A stretch of DNA of 64,000 nucleotides from Alphaproteobacteria bacterium (GTDB lineage Bacteria > Pseudomonadota > Alphaproteobacteria > UBA828). Of the stretch, positions 10,330 through 20,876 are shown piece after piece. Made by a program: the position numbers and the translations under genes. The notes beneath the pieces were generated by a model. That model had not been told where the DNA came from, ran no database searches, and saw nothing but the letters and a program-made list of their open reading frames with translations. The DNA is taken from assembly GCA_965220745.1 (NCBI GenBank), contig CBDCQT010000010.1, positions 448,001 through 512,000 on the forward strand, given 5' to 3'. The number at the start of each line of letters is the position of its first letter. The first letter of the stretch is position 1.

Positions 10330-12641
10330 CCCAGCGAGCAAAGCAGATGCGCGGAGCGAAAGCGGCAGGTGCAAGGGGCCGGATGCGGCACGTCGTCTGG
10401 CTGGCGGCGGTCATAGTCGGCGTGTGGATGGGTGCCGCCGCGGTGCAAGCGCAGACAATCGAGTCCGTGCTCGTCGAGGGCAACGAGCGTATCGAAGCTG
10501 ACACCGTGCGGTCCTACATGGCGGTGGGCCCTGGCGATGCGTTCGATGCCGACGCGCTCAACGAGTCCCTCAAGAGGCTTTTCGAAAGCGGCCTGTTCGC
10601 CGATGTGGCCATCCGGCGGGAGGGAGACGCCCTGATCGTTGGCGTGGTCGAGAACCCGATCATCAATCGCGTGCTCTTCGAAGGTAACGACACGATCGAG
10701 GACAACGATCTGGAGTCGGAGATTCAGCTCCAACCGAGGGTGGTCTACACTCGGCCGCGGGTGCAGTCGGACCTGCAGCGGTTGACCGATATCTACCGGC
10801 GTAGCGGTCGCTTCGCCGCCACCATCGAGCCCAAAGTCATCCAACTCCCGCAAAACCGGGTCGATCTCGTCTTCGAGGTAAACGAGGGACCGGTTACGGG
10901 TATCCGGCGAATCAACTTCATCGGCAACGCCCACTTCAGCGACAGCGCTCTCAGAGACGTCGTCCAGACCCGAGAAAGCGCGTGGTATCGCTTCGCCACG
11001 ACCGCCGATAACTACGATCCCGACCGGCTGACCTTCGACCGAGAGCTCCTCCGCCGGTTTTATCTCGCCAACGGCTACGTCGACTTTCGCGTCGTCTCAG
11101 CGGTCGCCGAGCTGACGCCCGACCGCAGCGATTTCATCGTCACCTTCTCGTTGGAGGAAGGAGATCGCTATCAAGTGGCCGCCATCGATATCGAAAGCCA
11201 GCTGCGGGATCTGGCGCCGGATGAGCTGCTCCCAGTCATCGAGATCGAAGTGGGCGAATGGTATGACGCGGAGCAAGTCGAGGAGACGCTGGTCGCGCTC
11301 ACCGAAGTCGTCGGCAGCCGCGGTTACGCGTTCGTCGACGTCCAGCCCCGCGTCGAGCGAGACCGCGAGTCGACAACCGTCGACGTCACCTTCGAGATCG
11401 ACGAGGGTCCGCGGGTCTATGTCGAGCGAATCGACATCGTGGGCAACGTCCGCACCCTCGACGAGGTGATCCGCCGCGAGTTCCGGCTGGTGGAGGGCGA
11501 TGCCTTCAGCTCGGCCCTCATCCGCCGCTCGCGACAGCGAATCATGAACCTCGGCTTCTTCGACAAGGTCGACATCAGCACCAGCGAGGGTTCGGCGCCG
11601 GACCGTTCGGTCCTCACGGTGGAGGTCAGCGAAGTCCCCACGGGCGAACTCGGCTTCGGCGCCGGCGTCTCGTCGGCGGAGGGCTTTCTCGGCGATATTT
11701 CCATCCGCGAGCGCAATCTGCTCGGCCGAGGACAGGACCTCAGGCTCGGGCTCACGGCCTCGGCTAGCCGCCAGGAAATTGACCTGAGTTTCACCGAGCC
11801 TTATTTCATGGACCGGGACGTCGCGGCGGGATTCGACGTTTTTCGCCGGACTGCCGATCTACAAGACGAGAGCTCTTTTGATCGCGAAACCGTCGGTCTC
11901 TCGTTGCGCTTAGGCTATCCACTGTCCGAGCGGTTGCGGCATTCTGTCGCCTACACGTTCAAGAACGATGAAGTCAGCGATGTCTCGCCGACCACGTCGC
12001 GATTTATCCGCGAGCAGGAAGGCGAGACGACGACCTCGGCCATCTCGCACCGGCTGACTTACGATCTGCGCGACAGCATCATCGACCCGACCGAAGGGTA
12101 TGTGGTCCGCTTCGGGCAGGAGCTCGCCGGGCTCGGCGGCGACAACCGGTACATCAAGCACACCCTTCGCTACGGCCACTACTTTTCGATAGCCGATGGA
12201 TGGATCCTGAGTGGGGTGCTTCGTAGTGGCTATATCGTCGGCCTTGACGACGACGTGGGTATTGTCGACCGATTCTTCCTCGGCGGCCGCAGTCTGCGGG
12301 GCTTCGAGCCGAGTGGCGTGGGCCCGCGCGATGCCGAGACCGACGATTCGCTCGGCGGCAATCTCTTCTATTCGGTGACGGGTGAGCTGAGTTTCCCGCT
12401 GGGGCTGGCCGAAGAGCTCGACCTGCGTGGCGCGACCTTCACCGACATCGGAAGCCTCACCAAAATCGACGCCTCGGGACCGGAACTTCTGGACGAGGCC
12501 TCGCCGCGGCTTTCGGTTGGTGTGGGGCTAAAATTCCGTTCACCGATCGGCCCAATTCGGTTGGACTTCTCACGAGCCCTCATCAAAGAAGACTTCGATC
12601 GGACCGAGAACTTCCGCTTCAGTTTCGGAACGAGGTTCTAG
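10326..12641 (+). CDS. bamA: Outer membrane protein assembly factor BamA
   Basis: POTRA repeats, ERNLLGRGQ, FTEPYF, LRGF motif, terminal FSFGTRF; ATGA overlap with rseP stop. A downstream start is possible. Confidence 0.96.
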   Translation: MTQRAKQMRGAKAAGARGRMRHVVWLAAVIVGVWMGAAAVQAQTIESVLVEGNERIEADTVRSYMAVGPGDAFDADALNESLKRLFESGLFADVAIRREGDALIVGVVENPIINRVLFEGNDTIEDNDLESEIQLQPRVVYTRPRVQSDLQRLTDIYRRSGRFAATIEPKVIQLPQNRVDLVFEVNEGPVTGIRRINFIGNAHFSDSALRDVVQTRESAWYRFATTADNYDPDRLTFDRELLRRFYLANGYVDFRVVSAVAELTPDRSDFIVTFSLEEGDRYQVAAIDIESQLRDLAPDELLPVIEIEVGEWYDAEQVEETLVALTEVVGSRGYAFVDVQPRVERDRESTTVDVTFEIDEGPRVYVERIDIVGNVRTLDEVIRREFRLVEGDAFSSALIRRSRQRIMNLGFFDKVDISTSEGSAPDRSVLTVEVSEVPTGELGFGAGVSSAEGFLGDISIRERNLLGRGQDLRLGLTASASRQEIDLSFTEPYFMDRDVAAGFDVFRRTADLQDESSFDRETVGLSLRLGYPLSERLRHSVAYTFKNDEVSDVSPTTSRFIREQEGETTTSAISHRLTYDLRDSIIDPTEGYVVRFGQELAGLGGDNRYIKHTLRYGHYFSIADGWILSGVLRSGYIVGLDDDVGIVDRFFLGGRSLRGFEPSGVGPRDAETDDSLGGNLFYSVTGELSFPLGLAEELDLRGATFTDIGSLTKIDASGPELLDEASPRLSVGVGLKFRSPIGPIRLDFSRALIKEDFDRTENFRFSFGTRF

Positions 12642-12643
12642 AA

Positions 12644-13204
12644 ATGCAGGGATTGAGCCGGATTTGGCTTGTCTTCGCGCTTGCCGTCGCCGGTGCGGTG
12701 GGCGGCAATGCAAGCGCGTGGGCAGACGAGCATGGGACGCGTGTCGCCGTTATCGAGATGGCGCGGATTCTCGGCGAAGCGTCGGCAGTTCACTCGATCA
12801 GGACTCAGGGGGAAGCGCAGCGCAGGTCCTATGCCGCAGACGCGCAGCGCGAGGCGGAGCGGCTGCGCGGTGTCCGAGACGAGCTCCAGCAACAGGCGAC
12901 ATTGCTCTCACCCACGGTGTTGGAGGAGCGCCAGCGTGCCTTCAACGCGGAGATCGCGGCGGCCGACCAGAGGGCAACGACCCGCAACCAAGTCCTGCAA
13001 AACGCCGTGGCTAATGGCGAAATTCGTTTTCGCGAAGTCCTGGGTATTGTTGTCGAAGAGATCGCGACCGAGCACGGAATTGAAATCGTGCTGCCGGTTC
13101 ACGAGGCGATTTTTGCCGTCACCGAGTTCAATCTGACTGACTTGATAATCGAACGGTTGAACGAGGCGTATCCCGAGATTGCGCTGACGTTCGACGAGAA
13201 CTGA
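12644..13204 (+). CDS. skp: OmpH/Skp periplasmic chaperone
   Basis: Signal peptide, [11 protein letters not shown], long coiled coil, [11 protein letters not shown]; located between bamA and lpxD. Confidence 0.8.
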   Translation: MQGLSRIWLVFALAVAGAVGGNASAWADEHGTRVAVIEMARILGEASAVHSIRTQGEAQRRSYAADAQREAERLRGVRDELQQQATLLSPTVLEERQRAFNAEIAAADQRATTRNQVLQNAVANGEIRFREVLGIVVEEIATEHGIEIVLPVHEAIFAVTEFNLTDLIIERLNEAYPEIALTFDEN

Positions 13205-14232
13205 TGCCCGATCCACGCTTTTACGCCGTGGCGGGACCGTTCACGCTGGCCGAAATCGCCGAGGCAGCAGGGGCAGAGCTCGCGGCGGGCGCCGACCCAG
13301 CAAGGCGGCTCTCCGACGTGGCACCCCTCAGCCACGCGACGCCGGAGAACCTGAGCTTCCTCGCCAACTCAAAGTATGTCGACGCGTTCGCCACCTGCCG
13401 CGCCGGCGCCTGCGTCGCGCCCGCTTCGCTGGCTCACCGTGCGCCGGCAGACGTGGCGGTCCTGACCAGCGATAACCCCTACAAGTCCTTCGCGCTGGCC
13501 GCCCAGCTGTTTCATCCGATTCCAGCTCCAGAGCCGGGGGTGCACCCTGCGGCGGTGATCGACTCGACGGCGGATCTCGGCACGGGATGCCGGGTTGAAG
13601 CGGGTGCCGTCATCCAGGCCGACGCACGTATCGGCGCTCGATGTCTAGTCGGAGCCAACGTCACCGTAGGCCCTGCTGTCGAGATCGGCGACGACACGCG
13701 GATCGGCGTGGGCGCCTCGCTCAGCCACTGCCTGATCGGCAAGCGCGTGGTGATCTTCCCCGGCGTCCGCATCGGCCAGGAGGGCTTCGGCTTCGCGATC
13801 GATCGGGGCGGCCACGTGAAGATTCCGCAGCTCGGCCGTGTCCTGATCGAAGATGACGTTGAAATCGGTGCCAACACCACTATCGACCGAGGATCCGGCC
13901 CGGACACCGTGATCGCCCAAGGATGCCGGATCGACAATCTGGTGCAGATCGCCCACAACGTCCGCGTCGGGCGGGGTAGCGTGATTGCGGCCCAAAGCGC
14001 GCTCGCCGGCAGCGCGAGGGTCGGTGAATTCGTTCAGATCGCGGGCCAGGTGGGCGTTGCGGATCACCGCACGGTCGGCGACGGCGTCCGGCTCGCCGGC
14101 CAAACCGGCGTCACCCGTGATATCGAGCCGGGCGAGACCTACGGCGGCACGCCCGCCGTGCCGATCCGGCAATGGCACCGCCAAAGCGCGCATCTGGCGC
14201 GGCTGGCAACAGGCAAGGCGGCCCCGGAATGA
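13204..14232 (+). CDS. lpxD: UDP-3-O-(3-hydroxymyristoyl)glucosamine N-acyltransferase
   Basis: Hexapeptide repeats, [43 protein letters not shown]. Confidence 0.96.
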   Translation: MPDPRFYAVAGPFTLAEIAEAAGAELAAGADPARRLSDVAPLSHATPENLSFLANSKYVDAFATCRAGACVAPASLAHRAPADVAVLTSDNPYKSFALAAQLFHPIPAPEPGVHPAAVIDSTADLGTGCRVEAGAVIQADARIGARCLVGANVTVGPAVEIGDDTRIGVGASLSHCLIGKRVVIFPGVRIGQEGFGFAIDRGGHVKIPQLGRVLIEDDVEIGANTTIDRGSGPDTVIAQGCRIDNLVQIAHNVRVGRGSVIAAQSALAGSARVGEFVQIAGQVGVADHRTVGDGVRLAGQTGVTRDIEPGETYGGTPAVPIRQWHRQSAHLARLATGKAAPE

Positions 14233-14699
14233 ACGAAACGGCATCAATGCCAACAGTGGAACGCATGGACATCGAGGATATCCTCCAAGCGATCCCCCAC
14301 CGATACCCGTTCCTCATGATCGATCGCATGGTCGACGTGATCCCCGACGTGAGCGCAATCGGCATCAAGAACGTGTCGATCAACGAATCGTACTTCCACG
14401 GGCACTTTCCGCGTATGCCGGTCATGCCGGGCGTGCTGATCATCGAATCGATGGCGCAGAGCGCGGCGGTGCTCGTGGTGGCGACCCTCGGTCCTGCCAT
14501 GGCCGGCAAGCTCGTGTACTTCATGTCGGTCGAGAATTGCCGCTTCCGCCGACCCGTGGTGCCGGGCGATCAGCTCTTCATTCACGTCACCAAGAAGCAC
14601 CGGCGCCGTAACGTGTGGAAGTTCGAGGCCAGAGCCGAAGTTGAGGGCGAGGCGGTGGCGGAGGCCACATATTCGGCGATGATCCTGGAAGACACCTGA
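14229..14699 (+). CDS. fabZ: 3-hydroxyacyl-ACP dehydratase
   Basis: [29 protein letters not shown]; ATGA overlap with lpxD stop. Confidence 0.96.
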   Translation: MNETASMPTVERMDIEDILQAIPHRYPFLMIDRMVDVIPDVSAIGIKNVSINESYFHGHFPRMPVMPGVLIIESMAQSAAVLVVATLGPAMAGKLVYFMSVENCRFRRPVVPGDQLFIHVTKKHRRRNVWKFEARAEVEGEAVAEATYSAMILEDT

Positions 14700-14700
14700 C

Positions 14701-15501
14701 GTGGCGGACATCCACCCGACTGCCATTATCGAGCCGGGCGCGGAACTCGGCGACGGCGTCAGCATCGGCCCCTATTGCATCGTAGGGTCCAACGTCGTCC
14801 TCGGCGACGAGGTGCGGCTGGTCTCTCACGCGATCGTCACCGGGCGCACGACGGTCGGCCCACGCACCAGCATCTATCCCTTCGCTTCCATCGGCCACCC
14901 GCCGCAGGATACCAAGTACCGAGGTGAGCCCTCGCGTCTCGAGATCGGCCACGACAATGTCATCCGCGAGCACGTGACCATGAATCCGGGCACGCCCCAC
15001 GGCCGCATGCTGACGCACGTCGGCGACCACTGCCTGTTCATGATCGCGACCCACGTCGCTCACGACTGCATCGTCGGCGACCACGTCGTCATGGCCAACA
15101 ACGCGACGCTGGGCGGCCACGTGACGGTGGACGACTGGGCCATTATCGGTGGCCTCGCGGGCATTCATCAGTTCGTCCGCATCGGACGCCACGCGATCGT
15201 CGGCGGCATGTCCGGAGTCGAGCACGACATCATTCCTTATGGCTCGGCCATGGGCGACCGCGCGCGCCTGACCGGGCTCAACCTGGTCGGGCTCAAGCGC
15301 CGTGGCTTCAGCCGCGACATCGTCCACGATCTTAGGCGGGCTTTCCGGCTGCTCTTCGCGCAGGAAGGGACCATGACCGAGCGTCTCGCGGACGTCACCG
15401 AGCTGTTCCAGGACAACGAGCCGGTCATGGATATCGTCGACTTCATGCGGGTCGACCGCGAACGCTCGATTTGCCAACCCAAGGACGATGGCGGGGAGTA
15501 G
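14701..15501 (+). CDS. lpxA: Acyl-ACP--UDP-N-acetylglucosamine O-acyltransferase
   Basis: IHPTAII start, PPQDTKY, HVAHDC, IHQFVRIG, GLNLVGLKRRGF. Confidence 0.96.
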   Translation: MADIHPTAIIEPGAELGDGVSIGPYCIVGSNVVLGDEVRLVSHAIVTGRTTVGPRTSIYPFASIGHPPQDTKYRGEPSRLEIGHDNVIREHVTMNPGTPHGRMLTHVGDHCLFMIATHVAHDCIVGDHVVMANNATLGGHVTVDDWAIIGGLAGIHQFVRIGRHAIVGGMSGVEHDIIPYGSAMGDRARLTGLNLVGLKRRGFSRDIVHDLRRAFRLLFAQEGTMTERLADVTELFQDNEPVMDIVDFMRVDRERSICQPKDDGGE

Positions 15502-16306
15502 CCTAGGAATTATTGCCGGCGGCGGGCCGCTGCCGGGCCTCATCGCGCGGGCGTGCAGGGGCGAAGGCCGCGAAATCCTCGTCATTGCCTTCGAGGGCGA
15601 GACGGACCCGGAGACGTGCGTTGGCGTCCCCCACCGTTGGCTCGGGCTCGGTGCGGTCGGCGCCTTGCTCAAGTCGCTGAGGCAGGCGAGTTGCCGCGAG
15701 GTTGTGCTTGCCGGCTCGATCCGACGGCCCTCCCTCTCCTCCCTCAAGGTCGACCTGCGCGGCATGCGCCTCATGGGGCGTATCGCGCGCTCCAAGACCA
15801 AGGGCGACGACGCGCTCCTCTCCCTCGTGATTGCCGAGCTTGAAGACGAGGGCTTCACCGTCGTCGGCGCCGACGACCTGATTGCAACGCTCTGCGCGCC
15901 CGCCAGCGTGATTGGCCAGCGTGCTCCCGACGAAGACGCCGAACGCGACATCGCCGTCGGCATCGAGGCTGCGCGCGCCCTCGGCGCGCAGGACATCGGG
16001 CAGGCCGTGGTCGTACAGGCGGGCCGCGTCCTCGGCGTCGAAGGCGTCGAAGGGACGGACGGGCTGATCGAACGCTGCGCTGCGCTGCAGGAGGCGGGGC
16101 CCGGCGCTGTGCTGGTCAAGATGAAAAAGCCCGGTCAGGAGCGTCGGGCCGACCTGCCGACGATCGGGGCGGACACGATCGAGAGGCTGGCCGAGGCCGG
16201 TTTCCGGGGGGTCGCGGTCGAGGCCGGCGAGACGCTTATCCTGGAGCGCGATCGGGCGGTCGCGCGCGCCGACGAGCATGGCGTGTTCTTGGTCGGCGTG
16301 AGCTGA
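15488..16306 (+). CDS. lpxI: UDP-2,3-diacylglucosamine pyrophosphatase LpxI
   Basis: LGIIAGGGPLP, GDDALL, DIGQAVVV, EGTD, DLPTIG; lpxA-lpxB context. Confidence 0.92.
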   Translation: MAGSSLGIIAGGGPLPGLIARACRGEGREILVIAFEGETDPETCVGVPHRWLGLGAVGALLKSLRQASCREVVLAGSIRRPSLSSLKVDLRGMRLMGRIARSKTKGDDALLSLVIAELEDEGFTVVGADDLIATLCAPASVIGQRAPDEDAERDIAVGIEAARALGAQDIGQAVVVQAGRVLGVEGVEGTDGLIERCAALQEAGPGAVLVKMKKPGQERRADLPTIGADTIERLAEAGFRGVAVEAGETLILERDRAVARADEHGVFLVGVS

Positions 16307-16314
16307 CGGGCGGA

Positions 16315-17505
16315 ATGGAGCGCGACGCGCCGCTGATCTTTCTGATCGCGGGCGAGCCGTCCGGCGACCTCATCGCTTCCCGCCTGATGGAGGCGCTCAA
16401 GCGGTGCACGGGTGATCGAGTCCGTTTCGCTGGCATCGGCGGCCCTCTCATGGCCGAGCAAGGGCTGGAGAGCCTGTTTCCCTACTCCGAGCTGTCGTTG
16501 ATGGGGCTTCTGGAAATCGTCCCCCACGTGCCACGGATGCTCGGGCGCATTCGAGCCACGGCGCGCACGGCCCGCCGGTTGCGGCCGGCGGCCTTTGTCT
16601 CGGTCGACGTGCCGGGATTTGCGCTCAGGGTCGCGCGAAAGCTGAAGGGGGCAAGTTTTCCCCTGGTTCACTACGTGGCGCCGACCGTTTGGGCCTATAG
16701 GCCGGGGCGCGCAGCCGAGGTCGCGCGTTATCTCGACCACGTGCTCTGCCTGTTCCCGTTCGAGCCGCCCTATTTCGAGGCCGTGGGCCTGGATGCCAGC
16801 TTCGTCGGCCATCCTCTGCTGGAGGAGCCCATCGGCGAGGCCGACGGGCCGGACCTCCGTGCCCGCCTCGGCTTCACGCCCGACCAACCGGTGCTTGCCG
16901 TCCTGCCGGGCAGCCGCGCCAGCGAGCTGCGCCGGCACCAGCCGGTATTCGGGGAGACCGTGCGCACTCTTTGCCGGCGCATCGAGGGGCTCCGCATCCT
17001 GGTGCCGACGCTGCCGCAGAACCGCGCAGTCGTGACCGCCAAGACCGCGTCATGGGCCGCACCCGTGACCGTCGTAGAGGGCAAGGCCGAGAAATACGCC
17101 GCCTTCGCCGCCAGCGACGCGGCGCTCACGGTCTCCGGCATGGCAACGCTGGAACTCGCGCTCGCGGCCGTTCCCATGATCGTCTGCTACCGGGCGAACC
17201 CGCTCACCGCGGCGATCGCACAGCGCATCCTCCTGGTGGATCACATCGCGATGCCCAACATCATCGCGGACCGCCGCGCGGCGCCGGAATTCGTGCAGCG
17301 CCAATGCTCTCCGCGGCGTCTGGTTCCCGCCGTCGAGGAGCTGCTGCTCGATACCGACCGCCAGCGCGAGCAGATCGAGAGCTTTCGCGAGATCGCCGCC
17401 CGGCTCGGGCGCGGCGGAACGCCACCGAGCGAGCGTGCCGCCGAGGTCGTCCTGAACCTCATCGAAGCCGGCGCGGGGCGCCGGCAGAGCCGCACCGCAA
17501 CCTGA
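16315..17505 (+). CDS. lpxB: Lipid-A-disaccharide synthase
   Basis: IAGEPSGD, HYVAPTVWAYR, FPFE, FVGHPL, LPGSR. Confidence 0.96.
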   Translation: MERDAPLIFLIAGEPSGDLIASRLMEALKRCTGDRVRFAGIGGPLMAEQGLESLFPYSELSLMGLLEIVPHVPRMLGRIRATARTARRLRPAAFVSVDVPGFALRVARKLKGASFPLVHYVAPTVWAYRPGRAAEVARYLDHVLCLFPFEPPYFEAVGLDASFVGHPLLEEPIGEADGPDLRARLGFTPDQPVLAVLPGSRASELRRHQPVFGETVRTLCRRIEGLRILVPTLPQNRAVVTAKTASWAAPVTVVEGKAEKYAAFAASDAALTVSGMATLELALAAVPMIVCYRANPLTAAIAQRILLVDHIAMPNIIADRRAAPEFVQRQCSPRRLVPAVEELLLDTDRQREQIESFREIAARLGRGGTPPSERAAEVVLNLIEAGAGRRQSRTAT

Positions 17506-17513
17506 CGCCCGCA

Positions 17514-18416
17514 ATGACACTTTCTCTCGTCCTCATCCTCATCGCCGGCATCAATTTCAGTCTGCTGATCCCGGTCAACAAGATTGCGGGCGACGCCGGC
17601 TTCCCCAATTTCGCCTATGTGTTCTGGTATGCACTCGGCGCCGGGTTGGTTCTTCTGGGACCGGCAATCGCCCGGCGCGAGCTGCCGCAACTCACCTGGC
17701 CCCACATCAGGCTCTATTTCGTGAGCGCCGCCCTGGGCTTCGCTTTCCCCTTTGCGCTGCTCGCCTTTGTCGTGACCAAGCTGCCCTCCGGCGTCACCGT
17801 GCTGCTGCTTACGCTGACCCCGGTCTTCACCTATGCGCTCGCGGTTGTTTTCCGGCTCGATCGCTTTCGCCTGATCAGCGCGGCGGGCCTGCTGACAGCC
17901 GTCGCAGGTGTCCTTTTAATCGTCATTCCGGGGGAAAGCCTGCCTGCACCCAACATGGCGGTGTGGTTCGTCATCGCGCTGTTGATTCCCTTCGGGTTCG
18001 GCGCGCTCAACGTGTTCGTCGAGCGCTTCCGTCCGCCTGAGTCATCTTCGCTCGGCCTTGCGATCGGCAACCTCTTCGCTGGCGCGCTGCTTCTTGTCCC
18101 CTTCTTGCCGGCAACCGGGCAGCTTTACCTCTTCCCCGGGCCGGACCTGGACGGCGACCTCTCGCTCGTCGCCGCGGTCGTCATCAACGCCATCATGTGG
18201 CCGATGTTCTACGTGATCGTGCGCCGTGCCGGCGCCTCGCTCTTCTCCGTCATGAACATCATCGGCGTGGTCGGCGGCATCGGATGGGGCATTCTCTTCT
18301 TCGACGAGACCCATTCGGCCTACGTGTGGGGAGCGGCGGCGCTGATGCTCGCCGCCTTCGTCATGATGGTGATCGGATCGGTTCTGTCTCGCCGGCGCAG
18401 CGTCCGCGCCGAATGA
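17514..18416 (+). CDS. DMT/EamA family transporter
   Basis: About 10 hydrophobic segments in two repeats; ATG 9 nt after the lpxB stop. The longer track ORF overlaps lpxB. Confidence 0.82.
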   Translation: MTLSLVLILIAGINFSLLIPVNKIAGDAGFPNFAYVFWYALGAGLVLLGPAIARRELPQLTWPHIRLYFVSAALGFAFPFALLAFVVTKLPSGVTVLLLTLTPVFTYALAVVFRLDRFRLISAAGLLTAVAGVLLIVIPGESLPAPNMAVWFVIALLIPFGFGALNVFVERFRPPESSSLGLAIGNLFAGALLLVPFLPATGQLYLFPGPDLDGDLSLVAAVVINAIMWPMFYVIVRRAGASLFSVMNIIGVVGGIGWGILFFDETHSAYVWGAAALMLAAFVMMVIGSVLSRRRSVRAE

Positions 18417-18517
18417 GCGCCCGCCGCCGGGCATGGTGTGAGGCTCGCGCCACGGCCGCCGCCAGCGCGCTATGCGGAACTCCCTGAGACACCGCTCACG
18501 AATCCACGGGACGTCGA

Positions 18518-19699
18518 TCAGGGCGAGGACGTTTCCCGAGCAAACGAACTTGCTCTGCCCTCGATATCCTCAATTGTGAGTGTCTGGCTTCCTACTTGGA
18601 ACAACAAATTGATGCAGATAGGAATAGGGTTGCTGATGTTGTCAGCATAGACCACCCCAGAAATATCGGTTTCTCCCGCGTCTCGACAACCTATCAGTAA
18701 GTCATCTTGAAGTCGTACGGTGGCGCCAGGCTGTATCTTTCCGAAAATGCATTTGACTTTCCATGCTTCCCCCTCTTTGGTGACAAACACGTCATTTTTT
18801 TCAAAGATAGATCGAACATTATGTGCAAATGCTAGATTACTGGAACTCGGCTTGTGAGGTCGATTTTGAGAAGTCAAAAGTTCGTATCTTCCCTCCGGAT
18901 CATTTAGTCCGATTTCTAGGATTACATCGTGAATAACGGTCCCTGCTGTGTTTCGAATTTCGAGCGAGATAGGAAAATACACCGCTGTGCGGAGGTAGAC
19001 TGCCGCTTCCCGCAAGAAATCGGCATTAACGTGAGGGTCATTTGTCACGAACTCGACATTGCCTATTCTGAAGCCGCCTTGCGGCCGATAATCAGGAATC
19101 TCTTCGCCGATCGGAATGTTGTACCAAGTACTATGATCGATGGAGACATGGTCGCCCAAGTTCTCACCTGTACTTCTATCAACGAGGTAGAGCTCGACGG
19201 ACGGCCGTCCCACCCAGTCGACGTCCACCGTACCCATGCGCGCTATTTCATCCGGCTTCGCGGTGTCAGTGGAGCTGCCTCTGCGAAGATATACGGCCTC
19301 CTTCCTTACTTTACCGTAGTCAATTCTGGAGTAGATCGGACGGGTCTGGACGGGGATATGTATGATCCCAACAGTGTGGCCATCGTGACGCACTTCACGA
19401 TATGAAAATGTCACTGGAATTTGGGTCTTGCTATTCACAAACTGTTGGAGTTTCGCGTCGTCGAGATGTGAATTAATACCAACAACCTTATTCTTGCTTG
19501 CACGAACTTCTCCCACACCAATTAGGATGTATGCATCAGTACGGCGAAATGCGTTCACGAATGCGAGGATATCCTTTAGCAGTTCGCTCTTGTCTTCCTT
19601 GTTGGCTCCTTCAAACTTGTACTGATCTCGCTTGAAGTCTAGTGATGTTCCTTCTTCCTCATGGAGCAGGAATTCGATCTGATCTGGTGTCATGCTCAT
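18518..19699 (-). CDS. Schlafen/AlbA_2-domain protein with beta-rich C-terminal domain
   Basis: EEEGTSLDFKRD, ELLKDILAFVNA, YILIGV and YLRRGSST are typical of AlbA_2; DNA is visibly AT-richer than the flanks. Confidence 0.85.
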   Translation of the reverse strand: MSMTPDQIEFLLHEEEGTSLDFKRDQYKFEGANKEDKSELLKDILAFVNAFRRTDAYILIGVGEVRASKNKVVGINSHLDDAKLQQFVNSKTQIPVTFSYREVRHDGHTVGIIHIPVQTRPIYSRIDYGKVRKEAVYLRRGSSTDTAKPDEIARMGTVDVDWVGRPSVELYLVDRSTGENLGDHVSIDHSTWYNIPIGEEIPDYRPQGGFRIGNVEFVTNDPHVNADFLREAAVYLRTAVYFPISLEIRNTAGTVIHDVILEIGLNDPEGRYELLTSQNRPHKPSSSNLAFAHNVRSIFEKNDVFVTKEGEAWKVKCIFGKIQPGATVRLQDDLLIGCRDAGETDISGVVYADNISNPIPICINLLFQVGSQTLTIEDIEGRASSFARETSSP

Positions 19700-20088
19700 A
19701 AACTACGCGGCAGTTCAGACGTTGGGGACGACATCATAGGGATAGAGCAGACGAAATCACAGTGGAAGGAGGTATATTGCCGCGATGCGGATAAAGGCCT
19801 GTGGCACCATTCTGATCTCAACTCAGGACGAGTCGATCACGTAGCCGAACTTCGCCTTGAGCCGCTGGCTGGCTTCGAAATACGTGCGAAGTGGATCGCT
19901 CTCCGCACGATTTCAGCTGGTCGCCTCGTGCTGCTACGGCTGACAGTCACCACGCGCACCGTCAGCTGCCGGCTGCATCGAGACTAGCCCTGTCCGGTAT
20001 TCTTGCGGGCCTGTGGCGGGGCAAAGCCCCCTGTAACGTCCGGCGGCGCGGCCTGCCGGGACGGGCCGCGCGCCGTTGGCGAACGGCT

Positions 20089-20637
20089 TCAGATCAGCTC
20101 GATGCTGGTTGCCTGCGGCCCGCGCGGGCCTTGCGTGATCTCCAGCCGCACGCGCTGCTGAGGCTCCAGATCGTCGAGACCGGACCGGGCAAGGACTTTG
20201 GCATGGACGAAGACGTCCTGCCCGCCGCTGTCCGGCGTCACGAAGCCGTAGCTCTTGCCGACGTTATAGAACTTGACCGTGCCCTCGATCTCCTCGGTCG
20301 GGCCCATGGGCTCGTTGTAACGCCGGGCCTGGAAGCCTCCGGGGCCGGGGCGGCGCGGTCGGTCGCCCCGCGGGGGCATGACGGTCGCGGTCGACGTGTC
20401 GACATTGAGAATCTGCGAAACCTGGGGGCCCTTTTGCCCTTGCACGATCTCGCAGCTGACGGTGGCCCCCTGGGGCAGCGTGTCGAAGCCCGCCCGCTCG
20501 ACCGCAGAGACGTGGCAGAAGACGTCTGGCGAGCCGTCGTCGGGTACGAGGAAGCCGAACCCCTTGGTCGGGTTGAACCACTTGACCTGGGCCGTGATTG
20601 AGCCGCCTTCGCTGGGCGGCGAACCGATGTCTGACAT
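20089..20637 (-). CDS. Tandem two-domain cold-shock protein
   Basis: Two CSDs: VKWFNPTKGFGF...DVFCHVS and VKFYNVGKSYGFV...DVFVH. Start may extend to 20709. Confidence 0.92.
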   Translation of the reverse strand: MSDIGSPPSEGGSITAQVKWFNPTKGFGFLVPDDGSPDVFCHVSAVERAGFDTLPQGATVSCEIVQGQKGPQVSQILNVDTSTATVMPPRGDRPRRPGPGGFQARRYNEPMGPTEEIEGTVKFYNVGKSYGFVTPDSGGQDVFVHAKVLARSGLDDLEPQQRVRLEITQGPRGPQATSIELI

Positions 20638-20876
20638 GATGGACCAACTTATTTTCTGTGGGACGGGCGCTTCGGCGGGTTGCCCCGCTTCGTTTAGATG
20701 ACCCATCATAGCGGCTTCCGCGCCGCCTCCCCATCCGATTCTGCGTATTTCGAACGGTTCAGTGCGAATTTCTCATGAGGCGATTTCAGCCTCCGAACGC
20801 AACACATTGACGGCATGGGCCGCACCGCCTTACCGTCCGCATCGAACCGCGCAACGCCGTCAGGGAGGCTGCAACC

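Noticed and set aside
20042-20074. GC-rich hairpin downstream of the cold-shock gene
   Set aside because: Plausible terminator, but there is no U-tract and such stems are common at this GC content.
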